Source: a virus. From it: a stretch of 64,000 nt of DNA. Shown here in pieces: positions 28,516 to 37,527 of the stretch. The notes below the pieces were generated by a model. The model did not search any database, was not told the DNA's origin, and saw nothing but the letters and a program-made list of their open reading frames with translations. The position numbers and the translations under genes are program-made. Location: IMG/VR virus record IMGVR_UViG_3300032516_000007, positions 1 through 64,000 of that record. One strand, 5' to 3'. The number at the start of each line of letters is the position of its first letter. Position 1 is the stretch's first letter.

Positions 28516-28736
28516 TGATCATTGCCAACAAATACGAGGTGCCTGACAAGTGTCCTGAGAGCTGCCCTGACTTTGGCAAGCCCTTCGACATGTGCTCACC
28601 ATGCTTCAGGTGTCCGATCTTGAATTGCTCACCTGTGTTTGATGAGGATGGAAACAACATGACACCGTTGGCACCTGAAGACTTCTGTGAAGATTTAGCT
28701 CAGGAGTGGTTTGAGTTCTTCAAAGAGTTGAAATGA
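28515..28736 (+). CDS. Cys-rich small protein
   Basis: Six Cys; overlaps neighbours. Confidence 0.5.
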   Translation: MIIANKYEVPDKCPESCPDFGKPFDMCSPCFRCPILNCSPVFDEDGNNMTPLAPEDFCEDLAQEWFEFFKELK

Positions 28737-28978
28737 TCATGTCTCGGGCTAATGGTAAAGGAAAAGGATACAGACCTCTGGTTTCTGGAGCAGAGCACAA
28801 GTTTCGAGCCAAGCTCGAGAAGGCAGCCAGGGAAATACGTGCTGAAGCAAGTGGTCATACATGTGGTGAATGTTTTCACTTCTGCGGTTCGTTCTGTGTG
28901 AGACCAGCTCTTGGTGAGGAGCACGTTGAGATCCATACCCCCAATGCAGTGGCATGCAACAGGTTCGAGCCCAAGTAA
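28733..28978 (+). CDS. Cys-rich small protein
   Basis: TCGECFHFC...C...AC. Confidence 0.5.
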   Translation: MIMSRANGKGKGYRPLVSGAEHKFRAKLEKAAREIRAEASGHTCGECFHFCGSFCVRPALGEEHVEIHTPNAVACNRFEPK

Positions 28979-28988
28979 CCATGAGTGG

Positions 28989-29018
28989 TTGCACAAATCC
29001 TCCCCCCAATGCTAAGGT
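28989..29018 (+). promoter_or_regulatory. Candidate sigma-70-type promoter
   Basis: TTGCAC-18bp-TAAGGT with extended TG, upstream of the TerS-like gene. Confidence 0.5.
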
Positions 29019-29049
29019 TACACCTGAGACATACTTGAGAGGGTAACCC

Positions 29050-29718
29050 ATGGCACGTACACCAGTTCAGAAGCCAAGTGGTTCTGCTGCTATAGCTGTG
29101 GCGGCCCCAGCCGCCACAAAGAGTATCGGCAAGCCTAGAACCAAGAAACCAGTGAAGGGTTCGCAGAATGAAATGGAAGACCGGCGCAAGCATGTGGTGC
29201 GGCTTCGCATGCGAGGGCTGGGTTACCGCTCAATTGGCAAGATCTTGGGCATTGGTTTCATGACCGTGAAGCGGGACCTTGAGGCAATCAGAGCTGCAAA
29301 CCAAAAGAGGGTTACGCAATTCGAACATGAGCAAACTATCGGTGAGTCTCTCTCAGTTTTCGAAGAAGTGGAGTTGAAGTCCTGGGAGCAATTTGATGCA
29401 ATGCCCCTCGGTTCACAGCATGGTGCAAAGTATCTTGAGCAGATTCAGGATGCACGCAACAATCAGATCAAGTTGCTCACAGATGTTGGCCTCATACGCA
29501 AGGAGCCTGCAAAGGTTGACCTGAGGGTGAGCACAGCAGCAATCTCCCATTGGACAATCGAGGCTCAAGACCTCGTAGCCATGGCAATCATCAAAGCCAA
29601 GCTTTCACCCCCGAGAGAACCAAGACCAGATAGGATCATTGAAGCTCATGCCGAATCAGAACCAACAGAGCCAGCTACCGCTGGTCAGCTCAACAAGGCT
29701 GTTGCCATGGGTCAGTGA
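29050..29718 (+). CDS. HTH protein, putative terminase small subunit
   Basis: LRMRGLGYRSIGKILGIGFMTVKRDL followed by a helical oligomerisation-like region. Confidence 0.55.
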   Translation: MARTPVQKPSGSAAIAVAAPAATKSIGKPRTKKPVKGSQNEMEDRRKHVVRLRMRGLGYRSIGKILGIGFMTVKRDLEAIRAANQKRVTQFEHEQTIGESLSVFEEVELKSWEQFDAMPLGSQHGAKYLEQIQDARNNQIKLLTDVGLIRKEPAKVDLRVSTAAISHWTIEAQDLVAMAIIKAKLSPPREPRPDRIIEAHAESEPTEPATAGQLNKAVAMGQ

Positions 29719-30202
29719 TCTGGTTACAGAGCTGAAGCTCGATACCTTTGGCCTGGTGGACATACAGGTATCCGAGTCAGCCCCAACATCAGTGACCTAC
29801 ATGGGAAGTCATGAGCCTGTGCATCAGGTTTGTGGGTTCCGACAGCGCATTGTGTTGACTGTGATCTGTGCTTCATGGCACCTGAATCCAGGAAGCAAAG
29901 CACCCATTGGTTCTTTGACTCATTGGCTACATACGATGGTTCTCGTGCGTAACAGCGCACGGATGGGCATGACAGTGATACTTCCAGATCAGTCACAATG
30001 GGCTGTGCAGAGCTATGATATCACCATGGATTCAACTCAAATCCCACGCATACATCTTGAACTTGTGGGATTGCGAATACCTAAGATCAAAGATATCGAT
30101 AAGTGGATGCCAACTAAGATTCAATTAGATAAGCATCAGCAACAAACAGTAGGTGAGTCCAAGAAGAAGATTGGACGCAAGGATGCCTTCTGGAGGAAAT
30201 GA
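29706..30202 (+). CDS. Hypothetical protein (start uncertain)
   Basis: Open frame 29639..30202. Confidence 0.45.
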
Positions 30203-30205
30203 ATC

Positions 30206-30385
30206 ATGATCAAGATTGAAACAGAGATGATGGAGTTGAGTTTCAACAAACCAAAGAATGCAGAGACCATACAAAGCAAGGTGCAAAATAGAGCTAAGGA
30301 TGGGTGGACTCTACGCTCTGCATTCGAGGGTTCTGATGCTTGCATATACATGATCTTCGCAAAGAAGGTCAAAGCTACTAAGTAG
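30206..30385 (+). CDS. 59-aa protein, DUF4177-like (not in ORF track)
   Basis: MIKIETEMMELSF...AKDGWTL...MIFAK; GGAGG upstream. Confidence 0.5.
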   Translation: MIKIETEMMELSFNKPKNAETIQSKVQNRAKDGWTLRSAFEGSDACIYMIFAKKVKATK

Positions 30386-30399
30386 GGTTCATACATACA

Positions 30400-30876
30400 A
30401 TGCCTGTACTCAAATCAGATTGCATTAGCAAAGGAGACACCATAAAGGTGTTAGGGGGAACAGCTTTTGCTGGTCAGTCAGGCATTGCTATGGAGGACAA
30501 TTTTGGTCGCCACGGAATGGTCTCGGTTCAATTCGAAGGATACCCCAATCCAAGGCGCATTGATGCCAACCGCTTGAAGGTGACCAGACACGATCCAAAC
30601 TCTCCACAGGTAGTGTCGAGGCATGTGCCCCCTACATACATTGGTCCTGTGGGAAAGCCTCCTCTTGGGAAGGTGCCTGCACACATCAACGAAGTAAGGA
30701 AGATCATCAGGGGCATCAAGACTAGCAAGGACAAAGCAATAGCCACAAGGCAAACTCTCGTGCAAAGCTTCCCAACACAAGAAGATCGGGACCAAGAGGA
30801 AGCCCTCATACATACAAGAGCCCATCGCTTCACTGAGCTTCGCAGGGCAAGGCTCACAGTCGCTTACTGGAAATGA
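30400..30876 (+). CDS. Hypothetical protein with KOW/SH3-like N-terminus
   Basis: KGDTIKVLGG..FAGQSG. Confidence 0.55.
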   Translation: MPVLKSDCISKGDTIKVLGGTAFAGQSGIAMEDNFGRHGMVSVQFEGYPNPRRIDANRLKVTRHDPNSPQVVSRHVPPTYIGPVGKPPLGKVPAHINEVRKIIRGIKTSKDKAIATRQTLVQSFPTQEDRDQEEALIHTRAHRFTELRRARLTVAYWK

Positions 30877-30908
30877 GCATGGTCACTCATCCCAGTGACC
30901 ATGCTCAT
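30873..30908. repeat. Perfect 15-bp inverted repeat
   Basis: ATGAGCATGGTCACT-catccc-AGTGACCATGCTCAT. Confidence 0.9.
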
Positions 30909-30978
30909 ACTCTTGATTCTAGAACCAAGAGCTATCGCCTAGGATAGCTTCACTAACCACTAGGAGCCGGGACCATAC

Positions 30979-31530
30979 ATGCTTGTAATCAAATCGCTTT
31001 TGGAGCCCATACCTGAACAGATGAGCGACCATGTTGCCCCGGTCTACTGGGATGGCAAAGCCTGGGGCAAGGGGCTCGAGTGGGCAGCCACATACACAAG
31101 CCTAGATGATCTTCCAATAAAGATAGGATCATCTTTATTGGACCGCAATAGCAACCCGCTTTGCTACCGCATACAAGGGAAGGAAGCAATGGGGGAAGCA
31201 ATTGCTTTGGTCGAGATTATCAGGACCAAGGAGGAGCTTCCGGCTAACCTACCCTGCTACTACATACATGCTGATCTTCACATTGCTACGCAATTAGAGA
31301 AGATCCAAATCCTTACCCTGGTCAACCAAGCTTTGAATGCCGTTATCTGTCCTGCTATGGAAGTCTTGAGCCTACATGTAGATGTGATCCCAGATAACAG
31401 AGCAAGAGTGAAGCCAAGATCATTGCAAGCTAGCTCAATTACAAGAACCCCCTTGATTCTAGAACCAAGAACCATGACCGACGTTATCGACCAAGCTAAG
31501 GACCCTACCCTACCCAAGAAGCCTAAGTGA
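30979..31530 (+). CDS. Hypothetical protein
   Basis: 183 aa ORF running into the repeat island. Confidence 0.45.
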   Translation: MLVIKSLLEPIPEQMSDHVAPVYWDGKAWGKGLEWAATYTSLDDLPIKIGSSLLDRNSNPLCYRIQGKEAMGEAIALVEIIRTKEELPANLPCYYIHADLHIATQLEKIQILTLVNQALNAVICPAMEVLSLHVDVIPDNRARVKPRSLQASSITRTPLILEPRTMTDVIDQAKDPTLPKKPK

Positions 31531-31633
31531 TCTTTAATATCTAAGAAGATCATCAAAGCAGCTCCCCAACCCCTCATACATACAAGCCCAAGCTAAGGAC
31601 CCTACCCTGCCCCTCATACATACATACAAGCCC
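31491..31633 (+). repeat. Interleaved direct repeats CCAAGCTAAGGACCCTACCCT (31491, 31588) and CCCCTCATACATACA (31570, 31610)
   Basis: Read directly. Confidence 0.85.
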
Positions 31634-32147
31634 TGCTCTCGCCAGGCCCTACCCTGCCCTGGGGATGCTTCTTGGAGCCCTCTGGCTTCGCTATGCTTCG
31701 GGCTCATACATACACATACATCAAGGATAATCGATCTTCAATTCCATTGCCTAAGCCCTTGGGATCACTCTTTCCCCTAGCTTCGCTACAATCAAGATGA
31801 TTGGGTATCAATGAGCCAATGAATGATCTTGCCTCTCATGATCATTTCTATCTATCTGAATATATAAACCTTTCACTCATTATATCCTGATTCTAGAATC
31901 ACATCACTCTTGAATTATCTAAGTGATCTTAGCATGTTGAATCGTTGTAACCGTGATTCTAGAACCATGAGTGATCCCGAGTATCCTACCCTACCCTAGA
32001 CTGGGGTAACCATGGGGTAATCCAGCCATTCAATCCAAAGCTAAAGCCACTCATACATACACATACATACATGAGAGAAAAACCCTACCCTACCCTGGGC
32101 TACCCCACCCTAGGGTATCTCCCTCGGCAAAAGAAAAGATCAATGCT

Positions 32148-32181
32148 CATACATACATACATACATACATACATACATACA
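32148..32181 (+). repeat. Microsatellite (CATA)8CA
   Basis: Read directly. Confidence 0.95.
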
Positions 32182-32228
32182 ATCAAGATGGGAATGACAA
32201 AGGGGTAGGGTAGCCAAGGGCAGGGATG

Positions 32229-32277
32229 GCTTGCTTTGCTTTGCTTTGGTTGCTTTGCTTTGGTTGCTTTGTTTTGG
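32229..32277 (+). repeat. Degenerate TTGCT/TTGGT pentamer tract
   Basis: Read directly. Confidence 0.9.
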
Positions 32278-32837
32278 GCCTGTGGTCATGAGAGATGAGA
32301 GTCTAGAGTCAAGGTCGAGAGGATAGGGATAGGGGGGATGATTGATAGGCCCTGTGATGATTGATGTCCTGTGGGGAGATGGATAGAGAGGGTGGATGGT
32401 AGAGGGAATGACAGGGTAGGGCCTAGACCCTAGAATCAAGCTCCCTAGGAGCCCCCAGCCCTTGCCTAGGCCCTGCCCTATAGGGACAAGGACTAGACTC
32501 AACCTAGTGAAGATGGGGCTCACCACAGAGCAGCCTACCTTGACCACAGAGCAGCCAGCGAGAGCCCCCCTTGAACAAGCAGGTAGACGACCGTGGGACC
32601 CCTTAGGAATAGGACTTCCCTAGGGCTTATGGATTTTATACTAGCCAAAGAGAAACCTAGTGAAGATGGGGGCCACCCCCTTGAAGATGGGGAGGGGTAA
32701 AATGGAGATGGGACCCCTTTAGGATTGGCGGGGGAGGAATGATAAAGGAGAGCACATGGAGGCCATCCTTTAGGACCACCAGGGGTAGTGGTCAAGAGAT
32801 CCTAAGACCACAAGCTCTGATGCTAGAACCAAGAGCA

Positions 32838-32921
32838 GGGCAAGATTGAGCATGCTGGGGTGGTATCAAGGCATGCTGGGGGCAAGATTGAGGATGCTGG
32901 GGGCAAGATTGAGGATGCTGG
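32838..32921 (+). repeat. Four tandem 21-bp units GGGCAAGATTGAGGATGCTGG (second unit divergent)
   Basis: Units at 32838, 32859, 32880, 32901. Confidence 0.9.
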
Positions 32922-32980
32922 GGTGAAGCTATGATAGGGTAGAGGGGCTTTGGGTTAGAACATTGAGGAGAGGGAAGCCA

Positions 32981-33178
32981 GTGAAGAAGACACGAATACA
33001 GAAGATCAAGGAGAGCGCACCGGCTGAGGCTGTTGAGCACATCACGTGCTCCTATTGTGGGGCACCGATGGCTCCGGACGATCCAAGGCTGACCTGCCCT
33101 GAGTGTGGCAGGGACGGCTGCGCTGAGTGCATTCCGGCTGAATGTGGCTGCATCTGCCCTGAGTGTGAGGGGGCCTGA
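32981..33178 (+). CDS. Cys-rich small protein
   Basis: CSYC, CPEC, CAEC, CGCICPEC. Confidence 0.55.
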   Translation: MKKTRIQKIKESAPAEAVEHITCSYCGAPMAPDDPRLTCPECGRDGCAECIPAECGCICPECEGA

Positions 33179-33193
33179 CGGAGGGAAGCGATC

Positions 33194-33415
33194 ATGATTC
33201 CAGTGAATCGAAGTAGCGACCGGCCAATCAAGCCCGTGAGGGGCGAGCGAGCCAGCCTGCTGCTGTCCACGGCTGCGGGGATGAGGGGTTGGTTCTACGC
33301 CTGGCAGATCCAGGCCGAGGTTGGTGAAGCGATCTGGTTGTCCCAGCTTCCTGGTTCACCTCTTGATGGGAAAAGAGAGTGGAGCAAGATTTTCTGTTTC
33401 AAGTGGGTCGGATGA
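33194..33415 (+). CDS. Hypothetical protein
   Basis: GAGGG RBS. Confidence 0.45.
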   Translation: MIPVNRSSDRPIKPVRGERASLLLSTAAGMRGWFYAWQIQAEVGEAIWLSQLPGSPLDGKREWSKIFCFKWVG

Positions 33416-33572
33416 GGAGAATTGGACCCCATTTAAGGGCGTGAGGGGTAGGGGCTGAGGCAGCCATTTTCAGCCCAAAATGGGCGGGAGGATAGGGGGG
33501 AGGGACTGGGGATTGAAGGGATCGGTATTGATGGTCTCTGTTCTGATAACTGTTCTGGAAAGTGGGATGGAT

Positions 33573-33808
33573 TCAACAGGTGCGTGAGATGAAGAGCAGG
33601 CACAATCCAGACAAGCCTCCCAACAGCTCCCAGATGTACGGGTCTGGGGAATGGTCCTGTCGGTACTTCGACGGTGAGTGCTGTGAGATGCTGATGGTAC
33701 ACAAAAGATATTTGACAAGTTGCAAGGGCATTTACTTCAACTGTCAGAAGCAGATGATACGTCATGTCAGAGACAAGTAACAAGTCAATCAACAGGTGCG
33801 TGAGATGA
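33573..33808 (+). repeat. 20-bp direct repeat TCAACAGGTGCGTGAGATGA
   Basis: Copies at 33573-33592 and 33789-33808. Confidence 0.9.
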
Positions 33809-34018
33809 GCAGCGTCAACGATGAGATGGCCAGGCGGCGTCAAGAAGAGGTAAGTTTGTGGTGCGGAAGTGGCGTGTGTCTGGGTTGGGCTCCATTGAGG
33901 CGGTTGTTGGTCCCTTTGCTGTGGTGGATACCCTCAAACAGGCGCGGGCATCTCTTGCCTCATTTCACTTGGTGAGGATGGGTGCGACCCCTGGTGATGA
34001 TCCTGTGATCAAGGAGGT

Positions 34019-34414
34019 GTGGTTGTGACAGTGCCACGTAAGACTTCAATCCAAGCCTACCAACAGATCAAGAATAGTGGTCTGTTGGCGAAGCGACGGC
34101 TGGAAGTCTATTCTTGGCTTTTCGATCATGGTCCAGCTACGGCTAGTGAGATTGAAAATGGAATGAAGAGAAGGCACGCTAACAAGAGACTTTCCGAACT
34201 TCGGGATCAAGGGGTTGTTGAAGAGGTAGGACAGAAAATCTGTATGGTGTCAGGTTATGAAGTCATCCTCTGGGATGTGACAGGTCTACTCCCCAAGCCC
34301 TTCAAGAAGTCTTCACAAACCAAGTCTTCTCGGCTGGAAGCTGAGAACAGGAGATTGAAGGGCTTGCTCCAACAGGCACTTGATTTGATAGAACATTTGA
34401 AGAGGACAGCATGA
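34019..34414 (+). CDS. Winged-helix DNA-binding protein
   Basis: HGPATASEI...KRLSELRDQG; AAGGAGG RBS. Confidence 0.7.
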   Translation: MVVTVPRKTSIQAYQQIKNSGLLAKRRLEVYSWLFDHGPATASEIENGMKRRHANKRLSELRDQGVVEEVGQKICMVSGYEVILWDVTGLLPKPFKKSSQTKSSRLEAENRRLKGLLQQALDLIEHLKRTA

Positions 34415-34635
34415 TAGATAATAGACGTGAGGCAGTGCGGCTTCTTATGAGAAAAGAGAAAGGTCTTGAGCCAAGGGTTCTCAAGCCCGAAGAGCTGAAG
34501 GATGGTGATCCTAGAATTGAGCCAGATTGGGAGAAGCCCTGCGAGGTTTGCGGAGCAGTCCCCACTATGCCCCTGACCGGCATGTGTGGACCCTGCACCT
34601 TTGGGGAAGCAGACACCAAGGACGGGAATTGGTGA
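34411..34635 (+). CDS. Small Zn-finger protein
   Basis: CEVCG...CGPC. Confidence 0.55.
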   Translation: MIDNRREAVRLLMRKEKGLEPRVLKPEELKDGDPRIEPDWEKPCEVCGAVPTMPLTGMCGPCTFGEADTKDGNW

Positions 34636-34814
34636 TGAGTATCAGGAGGTTTCCGGTCAAGAAGGGTTAGCAGTCCTTGTTCTAGAATCAAGGAGGCAGC
34701 AGGTGCGGCGTGACAGGCGGGAGTGCCTACTGGCCAGTAGTCCTACCAGTCAGTCTTCCCCTATCTGGCTGAAACTGTTACGCTGCACCTGGTGCCTCTT
34801 CAAGGAGATCAACC

Positions 34815-35045
34815 ATGAGAGCGGTCTTAGTGGTATTGGTTTTGTGTGCTGGCTGCGGATCCCCCTGTCAGCAGATCAAAGCTACTCGTTGCAACGTGCA
34901 GATCGTGGAGCTGTGTGGATCAAACAACAAGTGGCAGCGTGTTCTTGATTGTACTCAAGTGAAGTCGATCTCCAATCCCAATGCACCTAAGGACTGGGTG
35001 TGCGGGGAGACCACGACGGGTCACACTTGTGTACCCAAGAAGTGA
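34815..35045 (+). CDS. Cys-rich lipoprotein
   Basis: Hydrophobic signal with lipobox CAGC; AAGGAG RBS. Confidence 0.65.
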   Translation: MRAVLVVLVLCAGCGSPCQQIKATRCNVQIVELCGSNNKWQRVLDCTQVKSISNPNAPKDWVCGETTTGHTCVPKK

Positions 35046-35049
35046 TGCG

Positions 35050-35382
35050 ATGAGTGCTGTGGCCTGGGCACTTTTTGGTTCGATGTGTATATTCGAGTTG
35101 ATAGCTGATGTGCTTGGCAAGCAGTATGCGCTCTCCGGCACCCCCTTGTTGGGATGGTCAGCCTTGGGCGGCTACATGGCAGCCAATAGTTCGTGGGTGG
35201 TTGCCCTGCGCAAGGGGTTCCTGCTCAGCTTGGGTGGTGTCTACTTTGGTGTTATTACCGGAACATTCTGCGTAGTGATTGGGTGTGTTTTCTACAAGGA
35301 GCCCGTGTCTAGGTTGCAGATGCTGGGCATGACGCTAGGTATAGTAAGCAGTGGGCTGTTAGCAATGGGCGGAAAGACGTGA
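35050..35382 (+). CDS. SMR/DMT-like small membrane protein
   Basis: Four hydrophobic helices, Glu in TM1, YKEPVS..Q..G. Confidence 0.65.
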   Translation: MSAVAWALFGSMCIFELIADVLGKQYALSGTPLLGWSALGGYMAANSSWVVALRKGFLLSLGGVYFGVITGTFCVVIGCVFYKEPVSRLQMLGMTLGIVSSGLLAMGGKT

Positions 35383-35429
35383 CCGCTGTATGGACTTGCA
35401 GTCCAACGCTGAAGCTGGGAGGTGAAGCG

Positions 35430-35687
35430 ATGAGAGATGATCCCATCAAAAGGATCGTTATGGACAAGATCATCGGGCAGCACGTTGTGGCGGATGGGTA
35501 TCCTCTCTATGATGCTCCAGATTCGATTATGCTGGCCAGGTATATCGAGCATCAGCTTCGTCGATCTGAGGAGTCTGGACGAACCAGTTTCTGGGCTTCG
35601 CAGGTTGCTGTTCCTTGTTTGAACAGTGCAGCCGTTAAGATTCGCGAGTTGCAGAAGCAAATCGATGAACTGAAGTCTAGAAGTTAG
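35430..35687 (+). CDS. Hypothetical protein
   Basis: GGAGGTG RBS. Confidence 0.5.
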   Translation: MRDDPIKRIVMDKIIGQHVVADGYPLYDAPDSIMLARYIEHQLRRSEESGRTSFWASQVAVPCLNSAAVKIRELQKQIDELKSRS

Positions 35688-35689
35688 AT

Positions 35690-36011
35690 ATGAAAATGCC
35701 CGCCAAGCACCATTGCCTGACGGGCCGTAGTGTATGAACCTGACTCGACGATAACGTGCAGACACACATGCGTTCCCAAGAAGTGAGACTAGCATGGATC
35801 AGAGATCGTCTGAATGATATTTGGTTCAGCGGAAAAGGTCCTGCTGGAGGGGAGATTCTCGATAAGTATAAAGAAGAGTTTGAAGCTCTTTTGCAAGAAG
35901 AGTTGAACTTGCAATCCGAATACCAGAGGGGGTCATGGAGAATAGGCAGAAATGAAAATGCCCGCCAAGCACTATTGCCTGACGGGCCAGTAGAGTGTGG
36001 ACTTGACTCGA
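35690..36011 (+). repeat. About 60-bp imperfect direct repeat with hairpin
   Basis: 35690-35748 and 35952-36011, starting ATGAAAATGCCCGCCAAGCACYATTGCCTGACGGGCC. Confidence 0.9.
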
Positions 36012-36264
36012 AGGTAGCTCTCCCGGAGGAGGGATGCAAGATGCGCCGTTGGCGATATCGTGCGTGGCGTCTTCCCAATGGATCGAAAGTGGTCTGTGTG
36101 CTAGATCGCGAATTTCCGCCATCGCCTGATTACGATATTCAATGGGAGCATCAAACAAGTAATGGAAGATTTGGAGTTGATGTGATCTCACGTGAACAAG
36201 CTAAGATCTTGTTACGTGGCCCACGAACTCCATGCGAATGGGATGTTGATACGTTGAAAGGGGA

Positions 36265-36912
36265 ATGATCATGCTGACTCCAGAACTGACACGCGACTTC
36301 TGGGACCACATGCTGAAGGAGTTCGGCGCCGTGGCAACGCAGAAGGGTGATGCCGAGCTGATGAAGGTCGTGGCCACGGTCCTGGATGCGTTTGGTGTGC
36401 AGGACAAAGAGCAGTTCATGAAGGACTTCGTGACCACCCTGGGCCGTACCATCTACATCCCCTTCGAAGTAGGGATTGAGAGTGACAAGTGGCCTACTTG
36501 GACTGTCTGGGCTCAAGTTCGCGTGTGCGTCCACGAATGTGGTCATGTCGTGCAAGGCAACCGCGAGGGCTGGGCCACCTTCGATTCACGCTACGTGACT
36601 TCATCCTCCTTCCGCGCAGGTTACGAGGCCGAGTGCTACGGCTGCGATATGGAGATGGAGTTCTGGCGGCTGGGCTCGTCTGGCTTCGATCCGTTTCGGT
36701 TCGCTCAGGAGCGTCCGTTGAGTCTCAAGAACTATGGCTGCAAGGAAGCTGAGATCGAACAGGCTCAGCAGATGCTCACCATCCGTGCGGGGCTCGTGGC
36801 TCAAGGTGTGGTTGAGACCAGAGCCGCTCAGGTGGCAATTCCGTGGTTGGAGGCGAACGTGCCGGACCTTCGCCTCCTGGCTCGAGGCGTGTCAGGGCTG
36901 AGGGAGGTGTGA
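36265..36912 (+). CDS. Zincin-like HExxH metallopeptidase-domain protein
   Basis: VHECGHVVQ with downstream YEAECY. Confidence 0.65.
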   Translation: MIMLTPELTRDFWDHMLKEFGAVATQKGDAELMKVVATVLDAFGVQDKEQFMKDFVTTLGRTIYIPFEVGIESDKWPTWTVWAQVRVCVHECGHVVQGNREGWATFDSRYVTSSSFRAGYEAECYGCDMEMEFWRLGSSGFDPFRFAQERPLSLKNYGCKEAEIEQAQQMLTIRAGLVAQGVVETRAAQVAIPWLEANVPDLRLLARGVSGLREV

Positions 36913-37122
36913 GATTGAAGATCGAGTTTCCGGATAAGATGGTTTTAGAGGTAGTGTCAGAGTTGAATAAGATCAGAAACAAGGTGGGGGAGCTGGACAT
37001 GGGCCATAGCAAGGGAAGATATGCCATGGTCAAGTCGGTGGCTGAGGCCAGTAGGCAAGCTGAAGCGAGGCAGAAGGAGTGGGATCTGTCTCCGCTGGGC
37101 CAACTTCTCCAGGTTCTTCAGG

Positions 37123-37527
37123 ATGCCCAGAGAGACTCCTGATTGTCGTGCCTGTGGTCTTTGTTGTGTGTGTAATTGGGATCAGGATTCCTTTTGTGAT
37201 CTTTTAGAGGAGGATGAGAAGAGGCTTGGTTCCAGAATTCTCAGAGGGAAAGTTGTTCGCCCCACTCCCTTCGAACAGCTCGCGGCTGAGTTAGATGGGA
37301 AGTACGTTCCGGCTTCGATCAAGACTCATTGGGTGGAGCAGACTTCAGGTCCCTTGAAGGGAATCAGCATTTGCTCCTGTGTTTTCCTTCGGGGATCGTT
37401 GTTGAAGAAAGTGTCCTGCCAGGTGTACGAGAAGAGGCCCAGAGTTTGTCGTGTTGCTGTGAATCCAGGAGATCGGACATGCAAGATCATAAGGAAGATG
37501 ACGGAGAATTTGTTGAGAGACTCCTGA
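37123..37527 (+). CDS. YkgJ-family Cys-cluster protein
   Basis: CRACGLCC, CVFL, CQVYEKRPRVCR. Confidence 0.85.
   Translation: MPRETPDCRACGLCCVCNWDQDSFCDLLEEDEKRLGSRILRGKVVRPTPFEQLAAELDGKYVPASIKTHWVEQTSGPLKGISICSCVFLRGSLLKKVSCQVYEKRPRVCRVAVNPGDRTCKIIRKMTENLLRDS

Larger units (their letters stand above)
31491..32960. other. Non-coding repeat island, candidate replication origin or packaging/terminus region
   Basis: About 1.4 kb without credible genes; CATA, CCCTA, TTTGC and 21-bp repeats; AT-rich patch near 31790-31950; C-rich to G-rich switch near 32190. Confidence 0.6.

Noticed and set aside
32838-32921. CRISPR array
   Set aside because: Units are contiguous with no unique spacers; no cas genes seen
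31491-32960. Eukaryotic contamination (microsatellite, telomere-like CCCTA, heat-shock-element-like TTCnnGAA)
   Set aside because: The island contains the same TGRTTCTAGAAYCA motif as the phage genes and its CATACA signal grades into flanking ORFs; read support would still be needed to exclude a chimera
32140-33040. Minus-strand ORFs in the repeat island
   Set aside because: They translate simple repeats (CMYV, PQHPQSC), lack clear RBSs and oppose the otherwise uniform + orientation
35401-35760. Integron attC cassette (GTCCAAC at 35401, GTTAGAT at 35683)
   Set aside because: The two sites are not complementary partners at attC spacing and no integrase was seen
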